The position numbers and the translations under genes were made by a program. DNA of 33,981 bases from Lama guanicoe (lineage: Eukaryota), in contig MU053073.1 of NCBI GenBank assembly GCA_013239625.1, forward strand, positions 1-33,981, written 5' to 3'. Under the pieces are notes generated by a model that was not told the origin of the DNA, did not search any database, and was given only the letters and a program-made list of their open reading frames with translations. Shown here one piece after another: positions 1-10,060 of this stretch (position 1 is the stretch's first letter; every line of letters starts with the position of its first letter).

Positions 1-15
1 TGTAATGATGCTGGT

Positions 16-122
16 ATCAGAGTTTACTGGTTAGCTAAAGGGCAGAGAGCAAGAGGAAAATAAAAGGTAGTATTTGCTTTTAACAAAGCAGACTGGGTAG
101 TATGTTAAGTGTTAGGGTGGAC
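16..122 (+). repeat. 107-bp direct repeat, copy 1
   Basis: Ungapped match to 26805-26911 with 3 mismatches (positions 51, 60, 72). Confidence 0.97.
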
Positions 123-302
123 AGCATCAGCTGCTCTGCCTCCCGAGGGCAGGCCGGGAGGACTTCTGGACCCGGCGCAGCTTGGGGGGGAGGCCCCCGT
201 GCGCGGCCCAGCCAAGAGTGGGCATATGCCGGGATGAGGAAGAGGCGGGAAGGGAGGGGTTGTGGAAGGGAATGTGGGGGGCATGCCAGGGACCCCAACA
301 CT

Positions 303-370
303 AATAAAGAATGGACTCTGCTTCTCTTTTGTCTGAGACTCCGTTGCTGGGGTTGGGTTGGGGGGATGGG
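303..370 (+). terminator. candidate polyadenylation signal with U/GU-rich downstream element and G-quadruplex motif
   Basis: AATAAA 303-308; ttctcttttgtctg follows; G4TTG3TTG6ATG3 at 349-370. Confidence 0.4.
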
Positions 371-729
371 CTCAGTAGGCACATGGATGGGGCCGATGCA
401 CAGAAGGGCCGGGAGGGAGAATCACCCTTTCTCCTGGGAGAAACGGGTTTGGCTCTGCCTATGAGACCAGAAGAGGGTCTGGGCCTGGTCGGGCCGTGGC
501 CTGGAGAGAAAGGGCGTGCCTGGGGTGAGGACCTCCCAGCAAACCGAGGAAAGCAGGCAGGACCTGGGAGGTGGGGGCGGGTTATGAGGGGCCCTCTCAC
601 TTTTTACCCCCAACTCTGGCCCTGCACTGCCCTGCCCTCAGCTTGCTTTTTCCACCCTCAGCCTGAAAGCTGCCTACCTCCAGTTCTCATCTAAGAAAGT
701 CTAGGGGGTCCTTGATACTATAAGAATTG

Positions 730-1545
730 GGCACAAACACATCGTGGCTCACACAAAAACCATCTTATACACAGACAAAGGCAGATGTTAATATGCAAAG
801 CACACACCAGCACGAGTGTGCACTTACACACAGGACCTCATACATATGCTATCAACACATGTGCACAATGGTGTAGACACAGGTGACATGGCCGCCATGT
901 TACACAATGATACAGGGATCCACACACAGGACACATTCACTAGTACACACATGATATAAACACATGATGTATGTCATGGATAGAAGAGCATACAAATACA
1001 CGGTGACATTCACACAATAAGCACATTGGTTCCATCCATGTACACGATAGTAACAGGTTCATACATGATAAATATACAATAAAGACATGATGATGTATAT
1101 GTCTAGATAGAAATAAAAACATGTCATTGTATGTCATTACATACTTACGTGACTGTATGAGCTTGTGCCATTATATATTGTATAACGTCATGTAATGGCA
1201 TTCCTGTACATTTACCATAATATACGCGTTGTGATTTATACACTCACACAACCACAGCCTCACATGCACATCACAGCATACGACACCACAACAAGTAGAT
1301 ATATGTGCAATGGCGCACGCAGAAGCACGCACACCTATGTACCCAGTGAGACCCAGACACATAAGAGCATGCAGGCATACATATGGATGTGTGTGTATGT
1401 AATAATACAATGCCCCCCACATGTATAGATAAATGTCTGTTCTGCACATGCCTGTGATACACGTGCAGGCACATAAGGCGTGTGTACGTTGACATAAACA
1501 TCAGTGACACGCATCATGTAGTGGCGCACATATTCATCTGCACAC
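730..1545. repeat. degenerate CA/TA/TG-rich low-complexity tract
   Basis: About 800 nt of imperfect alternating purine-pyrimidine (cacacat, atgtgtgtat). Confidence 0.75.
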
Positions 1546-2329
1546 TGGGGAGTGAGGATGTCACCTCTTCCTTATGCGTGCCCCCTCCCCAGTGCCTATG
1601 TGGAGCCCACCCTTGGGCTCTGAGGCTCCGTGCTGCTGGTGCTCTTCCCTGGGGGCACCACACGAGGGCCCCCGACCTTAGCTGAGACTGGCTGCGGATG
1701 GACTGAGTCTCAGGTTCAGAGGCCTTGCTGAGGCCCTTCCCAACATCCGTGTCTCTGGGGACTCCATCCGGGCCTCTGCCCTCACATATAGGCTGACTTA
1801 CCGGTGGGGGAGTTCCTACATCCTTGTCCCCAAATGCCATTTTCCCATAGCTAAAAGGCCTAAGACTAGACAGAAGATGAGCGTCCTGACAGTCTGGGAC
1901 TAAGCCAGCTCAACAGGCCACGTGGCCTCCCCTGCTGGCCTGAGATAGCCAGGTTGCCCCCAAAACGCAGCCCGCCAGGAGGAAGCGGAAGCAATTCTCT
2001 CAGCTTATTTCCACCTCTGTCTCTTGCTTCTGTCTTCTTGTTTTCATTATCTTCATTTCTCTGTCTCTTTGTTTCATCTCAAATCCCATCTTTTCTATCC
2101 CTGCCATTCTCCATAGCGGGGTCTTTATCTGTCATACCAGTCCCTGTTTATGCCTCTACCAGGCTTGGGCTGGGACCAATGTGGGGAGGATTGCTGCCCC
2201 TCCCCCCGCCTCTGTACCCCGGAACATGGTGGGGTGTGGAAGGTCACATGTTGGGGGCACTGGGCCGAGATTCCGTAAAAAACCTGCTCTTCCCTCTGTC
2301 CCGACCCTGCCTGCTGGTCCAGCCCACCA

Positions 2330-2460
2330 GTCCAGCGCCATCACCATGGAAACCAGCAGCCGACTTCCTATTGGTGGGCAGGAGGGGAGGGGGAGGAGGA
2401 CGGGAGGGTTGGCTCTCCCCCGCTCACCCCCCTATTCTGAGGCTCAGCCCTCCTCCGTGC
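2330..2460 (+). promoter_or_regulatory. putative TSPOAP1 proximal promoter
   Basis: RFX X-box-like ATCACCATGGAAAC 2340-2353, inverted CCAAT 2370-2374, GGGGAGGGG Sp/KLF box; about 0.9 kb upstream of the ATG. Confidence 0.55.
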
Positions 2461-3307
2461 CCACCCTCTCTGGGCTCCGGGACTGGAGGGGACCCCTGCA
2501 GTCCCTAGAGCTGAGGCCAGTGGGGACAGAGACTATGAGGCAAGCAGCCCACCGACCCAGGCCTCCTTAGGACCAACCCAGCCACCCAGCAAGCTGGCGA
2601 GCAGCAGTGGAGAGAGGAGCAAGGAATAAAGGACCACAGCAGACCTTTGAGGATCACCCTTAGCAGCTCCTGTGGACCCTAGCCAGGCTGAGGGGTCCTG
2701 ATGGATGGCCAGACTTGCAGACGCTGATGGACACACAATAACAGCAATGCACACAGCAGCACAGCACTGAGACACTCAGACATAACCAGTGACAGCATCG
2801 CACACTGCCACAGCCCTGCAACACAGACACCCACCCCAACACACACACGGAGACAACTGGTAACTCTGAAACAGGCAGACGGTGACACCCAGAACCACCA
2901 CCCACCAGCACACAAGTGGGGGGTACCCATCCTCTAGACACATGCACGGAAGCACTGACCGGCACAGACAGACCTGGAGACACACGCACACCCGCACCCA
3001 GGCGCTGCTGTCAGTGGCCTCTGCGTATCCTCCCCACCCCCACGGGGACACCCTCGCTCTTCCACACACTCACGCGCACACACAGCCACGAGCAAACAGC
3101 TTGCATCTCCCCAGCTCCAGCTCCGGCAGCCCCGATTCCTGCAGCCTCCTTTGTGGGTGAAGAAGAACTCGGCCAACCTTGGATGGAGCTTTGGTGAAGC
3201 CAAGAGCTCAGAGAGGAAAGGGTCTGGCCTGGTATGACCCTTGCCAGCCCCTCTACCTGGCTGGGTGATGTCCCCCTGTCCGGGTCCTGGGGCCCCTTGG
3301 CAGAACC

Positions 3308-3637
3308 ATGGAGCAACTGACACCCCTCCCACGGCCGGGGGACCCTGGAAACATGGAGCCCTGGGCACTGGCCACTTGGCAGAGCTGGACTCCACATAAG
3401 GGGGGCGAACCTGGAGGCGCATCCCCCAGCATTGCTGACACCCCGGTAGCTCTGCATGTTGGAGAACTGAGGCCTGAGGAGAGCTCCGAGCCGGAGGGAG
3501 CCCAAAGATCCAGGCCTGTGGGGGGCATTGAGCCTGAAAGAGCAGAAACTGGGCTGCCCAGCCTGGGGCTGGGAGTGCTGAGCTCCAGACCCAGCTGCCA
3601 GAAGCTAGAGGACGAGGAGCTGGAGGCTTTCCCTCAG
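3308..3637 (+). CDS. TSPOAP1: coding exon 1 (MEQLTPLPRP...EAFPQ)
   Basis: Kozak gaaccATGG; donor CAG|GTAAGG; 330 nt. Confidence 0.95.
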
Positions 3638-4442
3638 GTAAGGGAGCTGTGGGTGGCTGGGGTTTCTGAGGCAGGGGCTCTCCAGCCTGGGCACGACAGG
3701 CAGCTTCACTACCCACCTCTCTTCTCCTGGCCTGTCTCCGTCTGCGGCTCCGTCTCTGTGACTGTCTGTCCTCCATTCTTGGGGCAGGAATCTCAGTGGC
3801 TCCATTTTTTGCCATCTGTCTGTCCTGACTCTCTCTGCCTGTCTGCCTACCTCTGGTCCTCCCCCTTCCCTCTTCCTCTGTGAGTCTCTCTCTGACAGTC
3901 TGTCTGTGTCTGTTTGTCTTCTCCGCAAATCTCTGTCCTTGGGGGCGAGAGGGTACCAGGGGTGTGTGGAGGTGTATGGTGGAATCAGAGTCCAGAGGAA
4001 GCAGATTCAGGGGAGGGGGCTCCGTGCTGGGCTGAGCCAGAGAGGACAAGGTTTGGGGTGGGTGTGAGCAGTCTCCTGCAGAAGACGGAGGGAGCAGGAC
4101 TCTAGGGAACTTGGGGGCCATAAGGAGCCTGGAGGAGTGGGAAAGGGAGCTCGGGCTGGCATTTCCCAAGAGGGCAAGATAGGCAGGGAGGAGAAGAACT
4201 GGGGACTAGCACAGAGGGTCTCAGGGTTGGGGGATGCTAGTGTCGGCAGAGAGGACTAAACAGCCCCTTCTCCCGGTTCTCTTGTGCTCCCCTCCGAAGG
4301 CCTGGGACATGGGGGAGAACCTCATGTCTCCTTGTATTGTGGAGGGGGAAAGGCTTCCATATGGAGGGCTCTGACTTCCAGAGGTAGGCTGGGTCCTTGA
4401 GGAGCTGCGCCCTGAGCTGGGTGGTGTCTTTTCCCACACCAG

Positions 4443-4550
4443 GGCAAGCTGAAAATGGGCTTTGGGGACAGGCCCAATCTGGAGCTGCTGAGGGCTTTGG
4501 GGGAGCTGCAGCAGCGCTGTGCCATTCTCAAGGAGGAGAACCAGATGCTG
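4443..4550 (+). CDS. TSPOAP1: exon 2 (GKLKMGFGDRPNLELL...ENQML)
   Basis: accAG| acceptor, CTG|GTGAGA donor; 108 nt. Confidence 0.95.
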
Positions 4551-4845
4551 GTGAGACTTGGAAAGCGAGTCCTGGGTCCTGGTTGGAGCTGGGGGGAGGC
4601 AGACTCAGACACCCTGGCCCTCTGCCTCAGCGCCCTCCTCCTCCCATGAACATCCCCCTCCAAGTGGGAGCTCCATGGAGCGGACATGACCTCAAGACCC
4701 AGAGAGGGTGAACCCCCACCTCACTGTGGGGTTGCCGAGGAACCCACTGTGAGCCCAGGGCTCTAGCCCTGGCCTGGGTTGTTAGGACTGGGTCTGGGGT
4801 AGGAGTGCTCCCCACATGCCCCAATTCTGGCTGACCCCTTGTCAG

Positions 4846-4974
4846 AGGAAGAGCAGCTTTCCCGAGACGGAGGAGAAGGTGCGGAGGCTGAAGCGGAAGA
4901 ACGCTGAGCTGGCGGTCATTGCCAAGCGCCTGGAGGAAAGGGCCCGGAAGCTGCAGGAGACTAACCTGAGGGTG
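4846..4974 (+). CDS. TSPOAP1: exon 3 (RKSSFPETEEK...TNLRV)
   Basis: gtcAG| acceptor, GTG|GTGAGG donor; 129 nt. Confidence 0.95.
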
Positions 4975-5571
4975 GTGAGGATGGAAGGCCTCTGGATGGA
5001 GGCTGGGCGACTGGGAAGAGGGGAGCCAGGGCTGGGCCTCAAGGGTGGGGCTTGGGAGTCAAGGACCCTTAACACTTACAATGCTTAGAACCTAGGAAAG
5101 CAGGAACCCAGGGGCCGAAGTGTAGGAAGGGCAAAAGCCAGCCAGGCTAGGAGGCTGAAGGTTTCTGGAGCTCAGGAGGGAGGGAAAGGCTGGGCAGGGA
5201 GTTCCTGAGCAGGCAGGGAGCAGGATTCTGGATTACCACGTGCTGGTGTTGGCTGCAGCCTCCCCCTGAGCTCCTCTCTGGGTGCAGAGCTGGCAGGGGC
5301 AGGGATGACAACCCATCACAGTGGCAGCCTTCAATTAGCAGCATCCTTTGGGTCTAAACTAGGATGTGCTGTTAACCCTTTCACTCCTGCTTGAAGATTG
5401 CTGGGATAGAGTAAAGGTGAGGCTGCTAGTCCCCTGAGGGTTGACCCAGTATAGAAGCAGGAGGCCATACTTCTAGGTTTTCATCCTTACCCCTCCTTTG
5501 GGAGGAGCTGAGGAGTGGGAGAAGTGTCCTATCCCTCAGGTGACAGTTCACCTTACCCCTCCCCTGGCCAG

Positions 5572-5751
5572 GTGAGTGCTCCTATGCCCAGTCCAGGGGC
5601 CAGCTTGGAGTTGTGCCGGAAGGCCCTGGCCCGCCAACGAGCCCGGGACCTCAGTGAGACAGCCAGTGCCCTGCTGGCCAAGGACAAGCAGATTGCTGCC
5701 TTGCAGCGGGAGTGCAGGGAGCTGCAGGCCAGGCTCACTCTGGTTGGCAAG
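5572..5751 (+). CDS. TSPOAP1: exon 4 (VSAPMPSPG...LVGK)
   Basis: gccAG|GTGAGT acceptor, AAG|GTGCGA donor; 180 nt, phase 0/0. Confidence 0.93.
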
Positions 5752-6044
5752 GTGCGAGGAGGCCCTGGTCACCCCTTTCAGCTCAGCCCGACACAGGGCC
5801 TTCTGCTTGGCAGTGTGGGATGTGGACGAGATGTTAATGAGATGCAAATGAAGAGAGAAGGTGGAGGCTGCTCGGGAGTAGGTTCCCCTGGCAACGGCCC
5901 AGGTGGGGTGGGGGAAGGAGGCTGAACCGAAGGGGGTGGAGCCATGAGTCCCAGACCTGGGAATTTCTGTGCTCCAGGCTTCAGGCTGCATGCCAATAGA
6001 TCTGGTTGTGTGAATCCACACATACCACACACTGGTGTGAAGAG

Positions 6045-6115
6045 ATGTTCACAAGGTATTTAGCACAGTGCCGGGCACACTGTGAGTGCCCAGTAAACGA
6101 GTTCCTTGGAATGTT
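6045..6115 (+). mobile_element. MIR/L2 3' tail fragment
   Basis: ttagcacagtgccgggcacactgtgagtgcccagtaaa resembles the MIR/L2 3' end. Confidence 0.7.
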
Positions 6116-6199
6116 TGCACACAGGCTAGCTGAAGCATGTGGCTATGTACGCATGCACCTATGACCAGGCATGTCTGCATGGGAGGATGTGCACGTTCC

Positions 6200-6990
6200 T
6201 GCGCACCGGAGCCCCTCCAGCCAGGCTGAGGGCGGCCTCTGTTGGGGATGGTGTGGGGCGGGCAGGAGTTAGGCCCAACTCTCCTCCTTGTCCCCCGACT
6301 CCAGGAGGGCCCCCAGTGGCTCCACGTGCGGGACTTCGACCGGCTGCTACGCGAGTCCCAGCGGGAGGTGCTGCGGCTACAGAGGCAGATCGCCCTGCGC
6401 AACCAGCGGGAGCCGCCCGCGCCGCCTGGACCTCCGGGCCCCGCCGTCCCGGCCAGAGCAGGGGCGCCTGCCCCTGGGGCTCCGGGAGAGGTGAGGGCCG
6501 GCGCAAGGGCAGGTGTGTGGGTGCGTATAGACAGGGGTGGGAGCGACTCGGGGGTCTCCCCCTGCACCGCGCTCAGAGCCCCGACGACGCAGCGGTGGCG
6601 GCGTGCGCACTGCAAGGCCTGGGGGCTCTCCAGCCCCCTCGGGCTCGTACCTGCGCTGCACCGGCTCCCGGGGGCTCGGGGTCCTCCCTCCGCGGGCCTG
6701 CGGCTCGCGAGCCCGCCCCGCCGCCCCTGCCGCGCCGCGAGTGGTACGGCCCGGCCGCAAATCCCTGGTTGCCCTGGCAGCCGCCCGGGGCCCAGCCCGC
6801 GCCTCCGCCTCCCGCAGCCGCTGCAGCGCGGGGACGCCCCTTTCAGCGCCCTCCTGGTCCTCCAGGCCCGGCCCGGCTACCCGCGGGCGGCGTGTGTCCG
6901 TCTGGGCTCCAGGTATGGGCGACCCTCGCTGGGCGCCGGGCTTAGGCGGCCCCTGCCCCCAGGGTTGGGGACCCAGCCCGGACCCCCAGA
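6200..6990. promoter_or_regulatory. intragenic CpG island (exon 5 / intron 5)
   Basis: Very GC-rich with dense CpG and several CCCCGCCCC-type boxes. Confidence 0.85.
6305..6490 (+). CDS. TSPOAP1: exon 5 (EGPQWLHVRDF...APGE)
   Basis: tccAG| acceptor, GAG|GTGAGG donor; 186 nt. Confidence 0.95.
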
Positions 6991-7645
6991 ACTTAGAGGT
7001 CTGGCTCCTCTCCATTGTCTGTACTGGGCAGCACCCAGGTCTACCTCCTTCTGGGAAGAGGGGAGGGAGAAGAGACTTCATAGCGATCCAGGCCTCAGGA
7101 TGCTTCTTGCTCAGATTTTGTCTCTCTGCCTGGTCCAGGGAGGGAAATGCATCGACCCATGAAGACCTGTCCTCCCAGAGAGTTTGCACGGATAACTGGG
7201 ACATGCGAGAGGGTGGGCTTGAGGGAAGCTGGGAGGAGGGTGTGGCCAGGTCTGCAGGGCTCTCCGCCAAGCCCAGATTTGGTGGATCCATGACCCCTAG
7301 CTCTGGGGACGCTGCATCCCTGGGGGCTCAGACAGCCGCCTAGTTCTCTGCCAGTCACTGAAGGACACCCGGGACAGTATTGAGTGCAGAGCAGCACTGG
7401 AAGCTAAAAAGGGAAAGCTTTGGCCTGGATAAGGGACCCATATCCCAGGGCAAGCGTGGATCTCAGGATCTCAAAAAACTACGTTGTTTAGAGGACACAG
7501 GGGTGTCTGATGGGAGGGAGTGGGCGGGGATCTCTTTGCTGACTGTGAGGTGCTTGGGAACCCCCCTCAGACAGGCTGGGCTGGGGGCAGACTGCCCTAA
7601 GGCCCTGTTCTCAGGTGCCAGCCTTCTGCCTCTGGCCATTTCCAG

Positions 7646-7723
7646 GCCACGCCCCAGGAGGATGTGGAAAACCCACCTGTGGTCCTAGGGGACCCAGAGA
7701 AACAGCAGAGGGTGCAGCAGCTG
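7646..7723 (+). CDS. TSPOAP1: exon 6 (ATPQEDVEN...VQQL)
   Basis: tccAG| acceptor, CTG|GTAAGT donor; 78 nt. Confidence 0.93.
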
Positions 7724-7806
7724 GTAAGTCCCAGGTCAAGGGTGGAGAAGACCTGTTGTGGGTAGATCTGCCTTCCCACACGAGGAGCTCCATTCTGACC
7801 CCACAG

Positions 7807-7890
7807 GAATCCGAGCTCAGCAAGAAGCGGAAGAAATGCGAGAGCCTGGAGCAGGAAGCCCGGAAAAAGCAGAGGCGATGTGAGGAGCTG
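7807..7890 (+). CDS. TSPOAP1: exon 7 (ESELSKKRKK...CEEL)
   Basis: cacAG| acceptor, CTG|GTGAGC donor; 84 nt. Confidence 0.95.
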
Positions 7891-8136
7891 GTGAGCTCTT
7901 GAGGGCCTCCTGGAGGCCAGCTCCTCCCTTCCCTCCATCGGACCAGCTGGGTGGTGGGCTCCGTCTCGGCTCTGCTGCCTTCCCTCCTGCCCTGAGAGCA
8001 CGCCATCCCTCCCTTGTGCGGGGCTCTCCTTTCCAGGCTGATGCAGGTTCCAGGTTGGGGAGGGCAGGGTCCTCTGTGTAGGGGAGAGGAGGAGTGTGGA
8101 TGCTGGGACCCTCCCCAGTGTCCTCTGGTCTCTCAG

Positions 8137-8226
8137 GAACTGCAGCTGAGGGAAGCCCAGACTGAGAATGCCCGCCTCGTGGAGGAGAACTCTCGGCTCA
8201 GTGGGAGAGCCACGGAGAAGCAGCAG
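8137..8226 (+). CDS. TSPOAP1: exon 8 (ELQLREAQ...EKQQ)
   Basis: ctcAG| acceptor, CAG|GTAGCA donor; 90 nt. Confidence 0.93.
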
Positions 8227-8427
8227 GTAGCAGCTCTGCCCAGGTGCGGGGCTGGGCTCCTGCTCCTGTCCTGGGCCCCAGGCAAGGGGCTGTCCCCTCC
8301 ACCACCCCACCCCGATCTGGGCTAGAGTATGAAGCCTGCTACTCCCCCACACCCTCGCCCCACCCCCATGAGGATGCTGAGGGGATGAGGCTCACACACC
8401 TGGCTCCCTGCCACTCTGGCCTTCCAG

Positions 8428-8550
8428 GTGGAGTGGGAGAATGCAGAGCTGAGGGGCCAGCTCCTGGGGGTGACACAGGAGAGGGACTTGGCCCTTCTCA
8501 AGAGCCAGGGCCTGCAGAGCAAGCTGGAGAGCCTGGAGCAGGTGCTGAAG
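8428..8550 (+). CDS. TSPOAP1: exon 9 (VEWENAEL...QVLK)
   Basis: tccAG| acceptor, AAG|GTGAGG donor; 123 nt. Confidence 0.95.
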
Positions 8551-8822
8551 GTGAGGGGACCGTGTGTGTGTGTGTGTGGGGGGGGAAGGGTGCCGGTCCC
8601 TGGCACGGGGAAGAAGGAGGACAGTGGCATATACCCTTTATTGGGCCCTGGGGTCTAAGGCTGAGTCCTGGTGCCGCTGGCCCCTTTCCTTCTCTAGCCT
8701 CAGTTTCCTTTTTAGCAGAGACTATCTAGAACACATGGTGTCTGAGGCTTCCTCGTGACTTAGGTCTTCTGTAAACACAGTAGAGCAGGGCTCTGGCCTT
8801 GACCCAGGCTCTTGCATTTCAG

Positions 8823-8927
8823 CACATGCGGGAAGTGGCCCAGCGGCGGCAGCAGCTGGAGGTGGAGCATGAGCAGGCCCGACTCAGCCTGCTGGAAAAG
8901 CAGGAGGAGGTCCGGAGGCTGCAGCAG
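8823..8927 (+). CDS. TSPOAP1: exon 10 (HMREVAQRR...RLQQ)
   Basis: ttcAG| acceptor, CAG|GTGGGG donor; 105 nt. Confidence 0.95.
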
Positions 8928-8989
8928 GTGGGGCAGGGTCTGGGGGGGGGCAGGAGTGGGGGAAGGGTGATAGGCTGCCGGACCCCAGC

Positions 8990-10060
8990 TTAATCATCAC
9001 CCAGCCGATGGGCGTCTACTAAGAACCTAGTGGGTAGCAGGCACAGGGAGGACCGTAAGGGGCAAAGACCAGGTCCCTGACCAATCAGCGCATAAACAGA
9101 TCCACGCATGAGGTGGTCCCAGTCATTGACGAGTCAGTGGGGGAAGGGTAATGTGACACAGAGTGGCTGGGGTGGGGTGAGGGGCCGCTGCTTTAGAGAG
9201 GTCAGCCTTGAATACCTCCCGGGCCAGGAGGAGCCAGCTGATGAGCACCCCTCATGGGGTTGGGGAGGGGAATAGAAGTGCCAGGGCCCTGTGGTGGGAA
9301 AGAGCTTGGGGGTCCAGACCAGGTCACTGGAATATTGTAGGCTGGACAGAACAGCAGGAGTAGGCAAGAGCCAGATCACCTCAGGCCTTAACGATCTTGG
9401 GAAGTTTGGATAGCTTGCTCTCTGAGTGGTGAGAAGCTGTTGAAAGGTCCTGAGCAGGCGCATAGCGAGATCTGATCCCTCATTTTAGAGGATCGCGTTG
9501 GCTGTGCTGCGGAGGGTGCCGAGGGAGTGGGCGTGGAAGCGGGCAGTCAGGTGGGAGAAGATGGCTGTCTGGACTAGGGTGCAGAGATGCAGGTGGAAAC
9601 GAGTGGACGGATTTGAAATTTATTTCGGAGACAGAATCGATCGGACCCACTGCAGGATTCCAGCTGAGGCCCCGCTCTTTCATCCCTTTGCTGATTAAAT
9701 GGAGGTCGAGACTTTTCATCCCCCAGGAAGGAGGGAGGAGGGCAGCAGATTTGAGAGGTGGGGAATCCTGAGTTCTGCATTCTGTGTTGGCCAAGTTTGG
9801 GTTGTGTGCTACACACTCAAGTGGAGGTGTCCATAGACAGCTGGGTTTATGAGCCCAGAGTTGTGGGAAGTTGGTCTTGTAGATCGTTTTGGAGTATTCG
9901 ATGCGTCTAGTCGCATGACTAGACGGGACCCTTTGGGGGAAGAGTGTAGAGTACGAGGCAGGCTTAGCACTGTACCCTGCGGCACCCTAACATTCAGAAG
10001 GGGTAGAAGACAAGCAGGCTGAAGAGGCTGAGAAAGGACAGAGAGAGAGGCAGGGGACCG
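8990..10060 (-). mobile_element. LINE-2 fragment
   Basis: Typical antisense L2 motifs (ggccctgtggtgggaaagagcttg; tcattttagaggatc; caagtggaggtgtccatagacagctgg). Confidence 0.75.

Noticed and set aside
6..130. C/D box snoRNA reading of the duplicated segment (minus strand CTGATGC...CTGA with terminal stem)
   Set aside because: C box deviates from RTGATGA and overlaps the stem; no recognisable guide sequence. An Rfam/snoscan search would settle it.
1..2400. mir-142 hairpin expected upstream by synteny
   Set aside because: Mature sequences (CATAAAGTAGAAAGCACTAC / TGTAGTGTTTCCTACTTTATGG) not seen in the window.
2934..4169. 411-aa minus-strand ORF and other long ORFs (6377-7291, 6139-6945, 11169-11900, 28295-29005)
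   Set aside because: Low-complexity Pro/Gly/Arg translations expected in GC-rich DNA; no recognisable domain; several only shadow true exons.
6841..6862. REST/NRSE site (TTCAGCGCC)
   Set aside because: Only the left half-site; the GGACAG half is absent.
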